This document shows, one piece after another, positions 1-13,770 of a DNA stretch of 64,000 nucleotides. The notes below the pieces were generated by a model. That model did not search any database. It saw only the letters and a program-made list of their open reading frames with translations, and was not told the DNA's origin. The DNA comes from Chrysomallon squamiferum (taxonomy: Eukaryota > Animalia > Mollusca), in the NCBI GenBank assembly GCA_012295275.1, contig CM022665.1, forward strand, positions 39,246,001-39,310,000. The letters run 5' to 3'. The first letter of the stretch is position 1. Every line of letters begins with the position of its first letter. The position numbers and the translations under genes are program-made.

Positions 1-288
1 ACTTTGTTTACATTAATTCCTATACTCTGTTACCATATTAAAGCCTGTAATCAAATAACCTGAGACTTTGTGTTTAATTTACTGTTTTAATGTACGTGAC
101 AAAGGATTAACTTATTTCTGCAGTAACAATTACATTATTTGAATATTCCCCAATCCAAACATATTATTTAGCTATATCAAATCAAGTGTGTGCAACTCCC
201 AGTGGGTATAACACTTCCATTCTGGTTTAATGCATGATGGGAATATCTTTCATAGTTAACATTTTAAATAATAATAACACACACATAC

Positions 289-325
<37 letters not shown>

Positions 326-2875
326 ACATGTCATATATAACAGAAATATTTTATAATTATGAGAGATATAAATCTCACTGACAGTGGTGGTTCAATGATT
401 TCAGAAATGATGGGGTATCATTTTTAGTGGATATAATTTTGAAAATGAAAATGATTTTCATTACAAAGAAAAAGCTGGTATGGTTGAGGAGCATATATGT
501 ATATGTATATATTGATGTTGATAAAATTATGACAATAAAACAGTGTATAAGGAAGCTGACATTACACTTTTTGTAATTTATTGGGATATCATATTGCATA
601 ATTATACAAAGACAAAAATAATCCCAGAGGGACTGAGTAAATTATTGCAAGACTACCTTATCTCATCACTGTAAGAATATTTCTTTTAAATAACTATGAG
701 AAAAACTATAAGCCTCCAAGCATCCTTTCAGTCAAGCTATTTTATTGTTGTACTTTATTATTGGCAAAGATTGGTCTACTCTCCAAATAAACCAATCACT
801 TGAAGGAATACAAAATGGATTCAGGCTATTTGTTCATGCCACCAAAAATAAATTTTAATGAAATTTGAAAAATAAGGATTGGCTTTGTTATGAAATGGAA
901 GCCTTTGTAGCATAAAAATCTATTTTTATTTTAACATCCTGTGTCTAAAAAAGTTTTCTGGGTGACATTGACCTTTTTTTTTTTTTTTCTTCAAATCAGC
1001 TTTTGGTGTGTATGCTGTTAAGAAACTGTGATAAGTTCATTCCTATACATCAACTGGTACACTCTAGATGATATATTTATCATACTGGATACAGGTATTG
1101 CTCAGAAATAAAAAGTCAAAATGTTTAGAATGCAATTAAATTGAGATGTTTAAAGTAGCTGTGGACCAAACTAGCTGTTAAGTAGCTGTGTTAAATTAAC
1201 TGGGACAGCTTAAGTAAATGCTTAACATAAAGCTACAAAAACATTAATTAACATTCTTTAACTGGTTAACTTATAAACATTTCCTGTATCTTCAAACAGG
1301 AGATCTTCCAGCCATGTGATTCTGGTAGACTATAATGCAGTGGTTGAACAACAGTAATTTTTATGCAAGAAACTGATATTTAGCTTTATTGCAGGACCCA
1401 GCAGTGAAAATAAAAATAAAAATAGGCTTTATTACAGTGATCTGCACTAGTGAAAACCAGTACCAGTTAGTTACATACACAAAAAAAAAAAATCAGTATC
1501 TGGGAATCAGAATATTAGAGATAAAGGATTCAGATCTTTCCAGGGTCATTATGTTCTGAGAAAATGAAAAAGAAAGATGATGAATATTCTCTAACTTTCC
1601 AACAGGCTACAGAATTGTTAAACAATTGACTGTTTTTTAATTTGTTAACTCAACATTTTAATAATAACCAGTTATAAAAAATAAAAATAAAAAAAAAAAA
1701 AAATAGAGCAAGTTTACAACTTGGCTTTTTCTGAATATTTTATATAACAAATGTATAACTTACTAATGGCATTCAAATCTATAAAACAGATACATTCAAG
1801 AATCTTTAAATTCCTCAAAATGCCAATAGTAGCACGTAATTTATCATCTCCAAATCAATTACCCGTTTCCTCGCACAAACAACCAGATCAGCTTGAGGGT
1901 TTTAACTGAAGAATTGATGCACATATATCTGACTCAGACGGAAGGGACCTATCCATTGCTCTGATTTATCAGAAACAACCTTCTCACATAACTATCCTTA
2001 TCAGAGAGAGTCAGAATGAAACCCAGTAGCAAGGAACTGCTCACAGACAGGACTGACTCAGTTAAAAGGGCTTGTTCATCCTAACTGGCAGGAAAGACCT
2101 ACTTATATGTTTACTTAACCAGACTGGAGAAGTCTGCTCATGGGACAAAACCAATTGCTTACAGGACAGAAGTGGTCTTTCCATATGATTGTCCTAATCA
2201 GAGGAGTCAGCTTGTAAAAAACTGATCTAACTAAATGTTGAAGAGATCAGGGAGGAGGGACTCTCATGTAGCCCAACCCCGATCCCTAACCATAGCCCTA
2301 AGTAAGAACCTACATTATAAAGGAAGAAATACAAGTGTCTTAGACTGAAGCCCTCGTGGAATGACTAATGTACATTTGTTAATAACTATTATTTTCCATG
2401 ACCTAAAATTGAGTACCATATTGTGAATTCTGCACAGGTAGCTAAAGCCGTGAGTTATATTTGTGGTGATTCATTGAAAATTAATTAAGTATTCTCTGTT
2501 AAGTATTATCTAGCACTACACAACATCAGGTATGTAACAGCTGTATATCAGTGGTCTTACATCTATTAAAAATTAGCTTTATATATAGAAATATTGATGT
2601 ATATCTATATTTATCTCTTTCTCTCTTTCTATATATATATTATGGGTACGTATTGCAATACACAAGCAAAACATTTAAAATTATCAACCTTTTAAAACAA
2701 AAGTAAACACATTATTATATAATTTTCTATTAAAGCTTCTGGTAAATAAAATAAAAAAAATATATTGTCTAAAATATTACCTCTAAAAAAATTAAAAACA
2801 AAATTAAAATAAAAATAAAACAAGAAATCATCAAAACATCTGTTTCTAGTGAGAAATTTTTAATTTTTTTTTTAC

Positions 2876-3092
2876 CTGATGTAGTACCAGGTGTGATTGT
2901 AGGTAGTCGATATCTTTCATCTTCAGGTGTCATCATGAATAGATCGTTATCCGTAGTCAGCCATGCACAGTGACACCCATCATGGTCTTCAAAATCACAA
3001 GAATATTTTGACGATCTGCACTCCGAGTTTATAATGAACGAAACCCACAGGAAAAATCCTCGGATTAGAATAAAGTTCAGATGAGAACACAT
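2876..3092 (-). CDS. First coding exon of a secreted/cell-surface MAM-domain-like protein (signal peptide + MAM N-terminus); rest of gene not identified
   Basis: Acceptor ATTTCAG| then C-ATG (exon starts 3093, ATG 3092) and phase-1 donor TCAG|GTAAAA after 2876 (72 codons + 1 nt). Translation MCSHLNFILIRGFFLWVSFIINSEC-RSSKYSCDFEDHDGCHCAWLTTD...LPTITPGTTSG has a hydrophobic N-terminus, the C-D-F-E-x-C-x-W motif that opens MAM domains and a P..T.GT..G motif. The ORF-track tail 2769-2875 is intron read-through. Confidence 0.65.
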
Positions 3093-4679
3093 GCTGAAAT
3101 GTTCTTGTTGTTGTTGTTGTTTTTTTCCAAATGGTCAGTGAATAAGAATCAGATTAAAAAATAAAATTTCACGGTATTCCTTATTTTGTTTAAATCAGTA
3201 AGGTTTTTAATTAATCCATTTACAAATTTTGTTATTGCTTGGATTGGTTAATATTTTTTTTTTTTTTAATCGATCCACTTGTTGATAATTATCTTTTGGT
3301 TGAGTCAGTTAATATTTATGCAAATTAATCCAAGGTATTGTTTGTTTGGATCAGTCAGTATTTGTTTAAATTAATCCACTTTTTAATAATTGTTTGTTGC
3401 TTGGATTAATCACTATTTATGTATATTAATCCACGATATAACAGTGCATTCTTATACTAATAAATATTCAAATTAATGCCTTTAGTAATCATTTTTGAAA
3501 AATCTTTTGCAACACTAAATATTTAAAGTTGTCTGTTGATAATTGTAACTTTGATCAGTAAATGGTCAGAATATTAATTATTTCTTTTTAATTAAATGAT
3601 TCAGATGTTGACAATGGTTATTCTATTTTAATTATCAATCAAAGTATTAATTATTATCGTTTTTTTTTTTGGAAAATAAACCCAGTATGAATTGTAGCAA
3701 AGTGATTACGTATCCATTAACAAATACTTTCAGTTCTGAGCTGTCAGCTAAGAATTAAAAATAAAATAAATATATCTTTTTTTTCAGTTTTTCAATTAAA
3801 ATATCTCTTTTTTCAGTTTTTCAATTAAAATATCTCTTTTCAATTTTGTTAAAATGAAAAAATATATCTTTTTTTGGCTTTCTTAGAATTAAGAATGAAA
3901 TAAATATATCTATAAGAATCAGTTATACTGAAGGATTTCAATCACTTCATGTTATCTTGATAATTTCAGATCTGAATGATGTCAGCCATTAATCTTTTGT
4001 CACTCTTAGTAAACATTCAAGTCACAGTGAAAAGTCTGAAAGAATAATCTGTTAATGTTTTTCACAATCCAAGGCTTGAAAATGTATTATGTGGTCAAAA
4101 AATTATTTCTAATTTTTTTTTTTTTTTTTTTTTTTAAATGCTTGAACAACTTTGACTGAGAGTCTCTCAAAGCTGTTCAGGAGAATAAAGCATGTATTTG
4201 AGAAATTTCAGAATTAATAAAATTTAGAACGATAATTCAAACAGGTGAAAAAAAAAACAATTGTATTTTCCAGCATGTGCAGTTAGACTGATTATGCTTT
4301 TGCTGTATCTAGTCACATACAAGATGAAACATTCCACAATAAATTAATAAATATTTTCCTGGTATCCAGCATGTTATAAAAACATGAAAGCAATAACTGA
4401 AGAAAATACACCATTCCTCATTTTCATGGTTCAGTCTGAAAAAAGAAAAGAAAACAAAAAGAAATTTATAAAAATTTAGTCAAAAATAACAGCACTGTAC
4501 CAATTATACAAAATTTATAAAATTATATTATAGAAAAAAAAATAAACAAATAAATAATATAAAACAATAATTAAATATTTTCATCTGTCTAAGCTACCAT
4601 TGTGCTATCTATTTAAAATAATTTATAATAATATGTGCCATATTTATCTAAAATAATACTGGAGTTTCTAAACTGACAC

Positions 4680-4985
4680 TATACATCTATCTAAAATAAA
4701 TGTACCATATACACAAAATAACAGTCTATTTAAAATAACAGCATACCTTTTATTATAAATAATAGTCTATCTAAAATAAATGTACCATGTATATAAAATA
4801 ACAGTCTATTTAAAATACATGTACCATGTATATAAAATAACAGTCTATCTAAAACAAATGTACCATTTATACAAAATAACAGCATACCTTATATACAAAA
4901 TATTAATCTATATAAAATAAGTGTTCTTGTATACAAAATAACAGTGTATCTAAAATAACAGCATACGTCACGAATACAAAATATA
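4680..4985. repeat. Degenerate ~39-bp minisatellite
   Basis: Recurring unit like aaaataacagtctatttaaaatacatgtaccatgtatat, built from alternating ~17 and ~22 bp subunits. Confidence 0.7.
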
Positions 4986-5312
4986 AATCTGTGTGTATTA
5001 AACAGCCTACCTTATAAACAAAATTACTAGCCACAATAAAACTTTAGCATGGACACAAAAACACGAGTGTGTATTAAAATAAACCTGTATCACCTGCTGA
5101 AAAATAACACTTCACTTTTTGTGCAACTGCAGGTAGTTTTTTTTATATTTTTTATATTTATATATTTTTCATTTACTGTATTCAGCTGCAGGTTTTAAGC
5201 AGGTTTTAAAGTTGTTTATAAGATATCAAATCACAACAGAACAAAATACTGACACTGTCTGCCAAATGCAGTAACTAGGTTACCTAATATTGTTATAAAA
5301 TATGTAATGAAA

Positions 5313-5343
<31 letters not shown>

Positions 5344-5766
5344 TTATTATTATTATTTTTTTTTTTTTTTTTTTAAACAGCATTTGTTTTTAAAAATGTC
5401 ATCAATCAACACTAGCTACACAGCAGCAGTGAGTTGATATTGCTGTCATCACCGGCACTGTTATCAGTTACAACAACAACATCAACAATGTTTTATTATT
5501 ATTAATCTAGTTGAAATATATTTACAAATGTAATACTCTTTTCTTTATTATTTTCCCTTTTATTGTTATATAACTGTCCATTTTTTCTTCTTCTTTCTTC
5601 TCTCTTTTTTTTTTTTAATATATCAGTATCAACTTTCTCTTCTAACTACATCAGTAATTCCAATTGTGTATCAGAAAATGGAATAATAATCGAAATTGTT
5701 GATTTCAAAACAATACTTTCAAAAAATATAATATAATATAATATTAGACAATAACATGTTAATATA

Positions 5767-6003
5767 ATACTTGTAGACAATGTAATATTATCACAATTAT
5801 TGTAATACTTGCAGAAAATAAAATATGATTATAATATTTACAGACAATAAAGTATTATTATGATACTTGCAGAAAATAAAATATTATTATCATTCTTACA
5901 GACAATAAAGAATTATTATAATAATTGTAGAAAATAAAATATTATTATAACATTTGCAGACAATGAATATTATTATAATACTTGCAGACAATAAAGTATT
6001 ATT
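5767..6003. repeat. ~30-bp minisatellite (~8 units)
   Basis: Recurring atacttgcaga(a/c)aataaa(a/g)tattattata. Confidence 0.75.
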
Positions 6004-6037
6004 CCAAACCGTCTATTGCTGAGTAATGGTGACTGCA

Positions 6038-6482
6038 TTAGTAATAGTAATAACGGTAGTACAGTAATAGTGATAGTAATAATAGTAACAGTACTTGCAG
6101 AAAATATAAATCTAAACTACACATTGCAGAAGTAGTAGCAATAGTAGCAGTAGTAGCAACAGTATCAGTAACTATATTAGTAGCAGTACTAGTAGTAGTA
6201 GTTGTAGTAATAGTAACAGTAGTTGTAGTAACAGTAACAGCAATAGTAGTAGTTGTCATACTAATAGTATTAGTAATAGAAGAAACAGGAACAGTAGTTG
6301 TAGTACAATTAATAGTAGTAAAGGCAGTAGTTGTAGTAGTGACAGTAGTACTAGTACTACCCAGTAGTAATAATATCCACAGTAATAGTAATAGCAGAAG
6401 CAGTAATAGTTACAGTAATGGTCATTATAGTAGTAGTAGCAGTAGGAATAGATAGAGTAGTAATAGTAAAAGCAGCAATAGT
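6038..6482. repeat. Degenerate (TAG/CAG/TAA)n trinucleotide tract
   Basis: agtagtagcaatagtagcagtagtagc-type 3-bp periodicity; source of the poly-T/Y/L spurious ORFs. Confidence 0.8.
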
Positions 6483-9400
6483 ACTCTGTATTAAATACTG
6501 GTCTGAATTTTACACTTACAGTAATAAGTGGACATTTGATTTTTAAAATGAAAAACAAAATCTGTAATTACAGTACTTACAAAAATATTGCACCTCTGAT
6601 TTTTAAAGAAGCATATCCATAAAAAAAACCACCCCAAAAACAACAACACAGGTAATAAAAAAAAATAGTAACCTTTAATTGCAGAAGTTATTTTTAAAAC
6701 AGGACATCCATAAAAAATATATATATGAAATGCAGAAATAGTATTCTTAACTACAGAAAGTATTTTTAAAAACAGTACATCCATAAACAAAAAAAATCAA
6801 AATATTACTCCAGTACTAACAGAAACAGAATTCCTAACTGGATACTCGAGTTTTAAAACAATACATCCATTAAAAATATTTATTAAAATTTAAAAAAAAG
6901 CTAAAATAAATACAGAAATAGCATTGTTAACTGTACACCACATATATATATATATATAAAGTATTACTACAGTACTTACAGAAACAGAATTCCTAACTGG
7001 ACACTTTATTTTTTAAAACAAACGGTACATCCATGAACAAAAAAAAAAAAAAAAAATACAGTGCAAGTATCAGAGCAGCAGTACTTACAGTAAACTAAAT
7101 CAGAGAGCTGAGTCACTGTAGATGAACAAGATACTGTTAGTGTGAAGACGTTAGCAATAACGTTGGCCTGTCATATACGTAGTTTTATCATTACTCTGTA
7201 GTAGAATTGACACTATAGCCTGTGTGTGTGTGATAAGAGAGAAAGATGTCTGCATATCTGGATCAGTCTGCTTACTATTTGTACTTGCAAAGGGAGGCAG
7301 TGGTTAGCACAAATCAAACAGTGACATTAATATGTCAAATCTGTGCAGAAACAATTAGCGAGACCGAAAAGCAAATGTGTTATTGTTATGGCCCACGCTT
7401 TCACAGAGAGAGAGAGATGCCAATATGTTGTAAGAGAGTTGATGGTTTGTTATTATTATTATTATTATTGTTATTATCATTACTGTTATTATTATTTTTT
7501 TTATTGTTATTATCATTACTGTTATTATTATTATTATTATTGTTGCTTTGATACTTGTTATTTTATTGTGTTATTATTGTTCTTGTCATTATTGTTATTA
7601 TTATTAAATATGAATAAATAAAAACTAAAAAGAAGTTTTTAAAGACAAGATATAATAATAGAAATTAAATAAAACATTTTTTTTTTTTTTTTAGATAAGT
7701 AAAAAATAATAACAAATCAAAAATAAATAAATCTAAATAAATCAACACACAAATAGAGTTTTATAAAGTAAAAATGATTAAACAGATGATATGTTGAAAC
7801 TATTTAGAAATGATCACCTAAAACCTAATGCTAATTTTCAAACTGCAGCCTTTAAAAACTGAAATGTTATTTAAAATATGAAAACAATTTTGCACTTGTT
7901 CAGAGACACATAAATGTTTCATAAAACAATTTTATTGTCGTTTTGTATTACAGTATTGCTTTCTAACAACAATAAAATAATTATTAATGGAAGAGAATTG
8001 AATTTTCAGTAAAAAAATTTAATAAAAATATAAAATGTTTGTCATAAAATTAACTGATGAGGGATAAATGAATAGAAATTGATTGATAGAGAGAATGATA
8101 AAATGACAATATGAAAGATGGACAGAAGATGACTGGATGGGTGCATAGCTAGTGGATAATGTATATTTGGATGAATAAGTGACTAAAGAATGAATAGATG
8201 GAATGTTAGATGAATGAATGATGGATAGATGGGTGTGTGGATGGATTCAATGAATGAATAAATCATTCAGTCAGCTAGATAATGGGTACAGAGTAAATTG
8301 AATAAAGATTGATGGGTGAATATAGGAATGGACAGATGAATGAATAAATGGATGGATGAATTAGAAAAGCATGTGTAATGGAGGGACATATTGTTGAATG
8401 AATAACAAAAATGCTAGAATTACGAAAGGAAGAAATGAAGGAAGGAAGGAAAGATGAATAACTGGAAAGATAACTGATAATAACTGTAAAACCAATACTC
8501 AGATATATCAGTGTATATTTGGATACATAGATTATATAGGTAGGTAGTTGGATATGCAAATATGTCAATGAACATATGGATATTCACATATATCAATGTG
8601 TATTTGAAAATATATATCCGTATCTGGATACACAGATGTATCAGTAGTTGGATACACAGATACATCAGTGTGTATTTGGGTACTTTAATATGTATCTACA
8701 TACATACAGATGAGATATGCAGTTTGTTAGTAAAATGTACTCAATTCTTCACTTGTAATATACAGTACATGAGGGTCAGAAATCAGTAAAAGTCTAATCA
8801 ATAATCACAGACTGTCTCAAACTGTAGATTTGTAACTGTCTGAAAAACAGATAATTTAGATTAATGATTATGGGAATCTTACTCAGAATCACAGCATAAT
8901 AACTGTGAGAATCTGAGTTTGAAAAACAGATAATTTAGTTTTAATGATTTTAAGGTTTGTCTGAAAAACAGATCATTTACTTTAATGTTTTTTAAGTTTT
9001 GTATGAAAAACAGATAAATCAGTTAATGGTAATTATAATTATTATGAAAAAAAACCTGATAAATTAAGCTAAATGATTCTGAATATTAAAAAACCCCAAT
9101 AAAACCCATAAAAAAACAACAAATAAAATAAATTTGACTTTCTTAATTTTAATCAAAGCTTAATGATTCTGGTGACTCAAATGTGAAATACATGTAATTC
9201 TGCTAATCTTAGTTTGAAAAACAGACTATTTAAATTAATGATTTTGTAAATTATGACATACAAATTATTCAATTTAATGATTCCAAGAAAAGTAGCATGA
9301 ACAAGAAATGATTCTTGAGAACCTTAGTTTGAATCAAAGCTTAATGATTCTAGAAACGTCCTTGAAATGCTGAAGAAGAAAAAATCTGCTCATTATTCAT

Positions 9401-10894
9401 ACAACAATCAGTTGAGTGTTGATTGAGAGATTGTTTGGAGAGAAAATATTTAAGGGATCTGTCCTCCTCAATGCACCAGATGTCAAAATGATGAAGACAT
9501 GGAGAAAGAGGGAAAGAAAAAAGTGCAGAGAGTTTGAGGAAAGAATGACAGATAGAGAGAGCAGACAGAAATGATGTGAAGAAAAGAAAGAAACAAAGAT
9601 AGACAGATAAGGACATAAATATATAAGTGTGTGTGTGTGTGTGTGTGTGTTTTCATAATTACATATATGTGGGTGAATATATATATATATATACATACAT
9701 AGAGAGAGAGAGAGAGAGAGAGAGAGAGCAGGGTGTTTAATATAGATATATATTCAAAAACAAAAGAAACTAATGAAAAATAAAAAATGTACCATGTTAA
9801 GCAATTCTTTTGATTAACTGTTATTTGGTTTCTTATTTTTGTTACAAGAGAAACCTTTCTTGTAAACTGCAGGTGAGAAAGGAAACCTTTGACTGAAATT
9901 TCCTCACACTGTGGACTGAACATAATGCAACCTCTGTCAAGGCAAGTCTGATAATGGAGCAATGACTTGTGCTGGAAAACTGATTAATTAATTTTGTAAC
10001 CGACACCAGCCTGTTAAGTCTGATTCAAGCAAAATATGTTCATATATTCTTTACTAATTATTTCAAGGATGGAGCGACAGAGAAACAAATTAACGAATAC
10101 ATTCATCGCATTATAGACAGATTGGATAAAAGATACAACTGGATAGGTGGATAGAAACACAGATAAACTGGTTTATGGATGGATGAATAGTTTTATGAAA
10201 AATCAAATAAATCAATAGATGAACAGATTTGTGGATGGATGGACTGATAAATAAATAAACAGATGAATGCTTGGAAATGTCAGACTAGATTAGTAAACGA
10301 AGGAATGAATGAAAGGAAAGAAGGATGAATGTACAATTGAATGGACGGAACAAATGAATAAATGAACATCTGGGTGGATGGATGGATGGATGCATGGATG
10401 GATGGATGGATGAATGAGCAGACTACACTAATTACCTTCTCCTTTGTACCAATCCAAACCCATATATATTTTGACCTAATAATCAACACAAATTTCAAAC
10501 TATTAAAACATTTATCACATTTTCATGTTTCACTGTCACAGTTCCAAACAACCAGCTTCTAAATGAATTCATTATCTTCACAGAATCAGACATGTAGTAA
10601 TTAAAAAATAAAAAATCTCACATTAAACATGGATCCAGGAGATAAAAAACCCAGTTAATACATCATCTTTAGTCAATTAATATTGTTTTATTTCTATATA
10701 ATTAAATTAATTTAATCTTGAATTTAATCTTGTCAGTATCATGTGACTGTAACTGAATCTTCCTCTTGTAATATCAGCACTGAAGTTGAAAAACAAATTT
10801 TAAAAAAAAAAGGAGAAAATAAATATATTAAAATATAAGAATGCTAAAAGAGAGACTTCTATATTTTTAAATTTTTATTTTTAAATGTTTCTAA

Positions 10895-10999
10895 TTATTT
10901 TTATTTATTTATTTATTTATTTATTTTATTTTATTTTATTTTATTTTATTTTATTTTATTTTATTTTATTTTATTTTATATTATTTAATTTAATTTAAT

Positions 11000-11038
<39 letters not shown>

Positions 11039-11075
11039 TATATTTATTTAATAATTTACTTATTTATTATTACTA
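10895..11075. repeat. (ATTTT)n/(ATTT)n microsatellite
   Basis: Directly visible tandem runs. Confidence 0.9.
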
Positions 11076-11953
11076 TTAGTATTATTAATTTTCAAAAAAA
11101 AAAAAATTATTTTAATGTGTTATTATGATTTTAGAAGATACTTTTAAAAGAAAGGAATAGAACTGAAATACATTCACGAAAATTTACATATGCATGTATA
11201 TATGTATGCATTTATGACTGTCTGATCAATGTATGTGTGTATATGTGACTATATGCATGTGTACATATGTAATTATACATGTACACATTTGTATATATTT
11301 GGGTCACTGCACACAAACCAATATAAACAAAATCCTTCTTTTATTACCTCACAAACATCCAGCATTACTGACCAGACTTGAACCCAATCACTGGAAATGA
11401 GAAACTGGACAACAACTTAACTTAACTCCATATTCCTGTCATTATAATAACTATCTTCACACACACACACACACACAGACACAGACATCATTCTAGCTAC
11501 TTCTGCAAACACCCTACAGCTCTACAAGCTGTTTAATTAAGCCAAACACATGTAGGTGGCACATTATTGCTTGGAAAACATCCACATCACCTCCGCCAGT
11601 AATTAACTTTAGCAATCATCCGTGACTAATAGTTTGGTTTTCTTGCTACATGCATAGCCAATAACAGTGTTTGTTCTTTCAGCTGGACAATTAGATCCGT
11701 TGATTCTAGATCAAATCAGGAATGCACTTGTATTTAGTTAAACACTGGCTTATTAATGCATAGAAAAGAATGAAAAATATAGATATGTATATATATAAAT
11801 ATATATATAACTGTATAAACAAATTACTGAAAAATAAATGAAATGATGTTTTTTTTCATTCTAAGAAAAGAAAAACAAACTTAAATGCCGTTTGTTTAGC
11901 AACCTCTCAACACATTTCAGTATTAACTGGTAATTTGATAGAAAATGAGATTT

Positions 11954-12470
11954 GAGAGAATAGGATATATGAGAAAATAAGATATACAGTAATGTAAGAG
12001 AGAATAGGATATACAAGGATATATGACAAAATAGGATATACAAGGATATATGAGAGAATAGGATATACATGAATATAAGAAAGAACAGGATATACAAGGA
12101 TATATGAGAGAATAGGATATACAAGAATGTAAGAGAGAACAGGATACACAAGGATATATGACAGAATAGGATATACATGAATATAAGAAAGAACAGGATA
12201 TACCAGGATATATGACAGAATAGGATATACAAGAATGTAAGAGACAACAGGATACACAAGGATATATGAAACAATAGTATGTACAGGTATATATGAGAAA
12301 ATAAGATTATACATGAATGTTAGAGAGAACAGGATACACAAAATGTTAGAGAGAACAGGATACACAAGGATATATGACAGAATAGGATATACAGGGACAT
12401 ATGAGAAATAAGATACACAAGAATTTAAGAGAATACACAAGGATACATGAGATAATAGGATATACAAGAA
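11954..12470. repeat. 27-bp minisatellite (~19 units) with partial 4-unit higher-order period
   Basis: Unit consensus gagagaataggatatacaaggatatat; variants ending tgaatataa and gaatgtaa recur about every 108 bp. Confidence 0.9.
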
Positions 12471-12640
12471 AGTATGATATTAAGGATAAAAAAATGCTAG
12501 AGAGGACATACAACAAAAGAAACCTCTTACCACCACCAGATAAACTGCTATTGTCAGAAAACAGTGAGATATATTTTACTGTCATGTCACACTTCAGTAA
12601 ACAATACCAATTTTTTTATAAACACCAACACCATATGCAG

Positions 12641-12676
<36 letters not shown>

Positions 12677-13414
12677 AAACTACATACCACTCTTGAACAC
12701 TGGATGGAACTGAAAATATCTTAATGGTTACACTGAAAAGGATTCATTCTGGTTTATGTATATGTTTAAAGAAAAACTATTTTTTTTTTTTTTATAACAG
12801 AGTACTGTCATCAACTACATGTAATTGTTAACAAATGCACTGTTTCACTGTTAATCTGATAAATAAAAAAAAATAAAAAATTAAAATCTTTTTGACATAC
12901 TAAATCAGGTGCCTAGAAAGTTTGATAAAATTTCAGAGAGATGTACTGCTTCATATCTCGTCAGCTATCTCTACAGAGAAGCTGTTACCAGGATGTGACC
13001 CTGTGACTTATTTGTCCTCAAGGTTATGGCTCGATCTCTCTATCAGAAAAAGCTGATAAAGCTTAACATAAAACATTGTTTTTGTTATTGTTTTGATGCC
13101 AGAATGACACTGCCTAAGGATAAATTGTTAGACACCAGATGTTAAATATTCCCAGTGAGAGCATTGGGAGTCAGTTTTAGCATGTTATAACCAGCAGACT
13201 GAGCACCAAAATAGTGTGTGTGTGTGTGTGTGTTTGTGTGTGTGATTATCCTACATTCTAATCTTTCATAATAATAAAGTTTTATAATTTAAAAAAAAAA
13301 AAACATTTTCTGTCATAATATTAAATCATTTTAAAAAAATTATTTGTCTTCAGCATTTGTCACAATAAATTACTCTAGATCATTCCTGTCAGTTTATTTA
13401 TGTAAATGTATGAT

Positions 13415-13770
13415 CTATCATTGTAAATTTGTTATTCTGTCATTGCAAATTTAACATCTGTCAATGCAAATTTGTCATCATTCACTGAAAATCTATCAAT
13501 TACTGCAAATCTGTCATCTATTATTACAAATATATTATTTACCATTGCAAAGCTATTATCTGTCACTGAAAATACATCCAGTATATCATTGTAATTTTTC
13601 CAGTACTCAACTGCAAATCTAACCTGTCAGTATAGATCTATCATCTATCATCTCAGTTCTTTCAGCTATCATTACAAATATATCATTTATCATTGCAAGG
13701 TTTATCATTTATTATTGCAAATCTATCATCTCCCATCTATTGCAAATCTATCATCTGCAAATTTATCAAG
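13415..13770. repeat. Degenerate ~20-bp minisatellite
   Basis: Recurring tcattgcaaat(c/t)tatcatct(a/g). Confidence 0.65.

Noticed and set aside
7246-7551. ORF with CQIC...CYC.G..H resembling a RING-variant finger
   Set aside because: Lacks the H-x2-C and properly spaced final C-x2-C ligands, has no convincing splice sites and runs into an (ATT)n microsatellite.
11861-12467. Long hydrophobic repeat ORFs (137 and 186 aa)
   Set aside because: Produced by the 27-bp minisatellite; two overlapping frames are open, with no splice or domain support.
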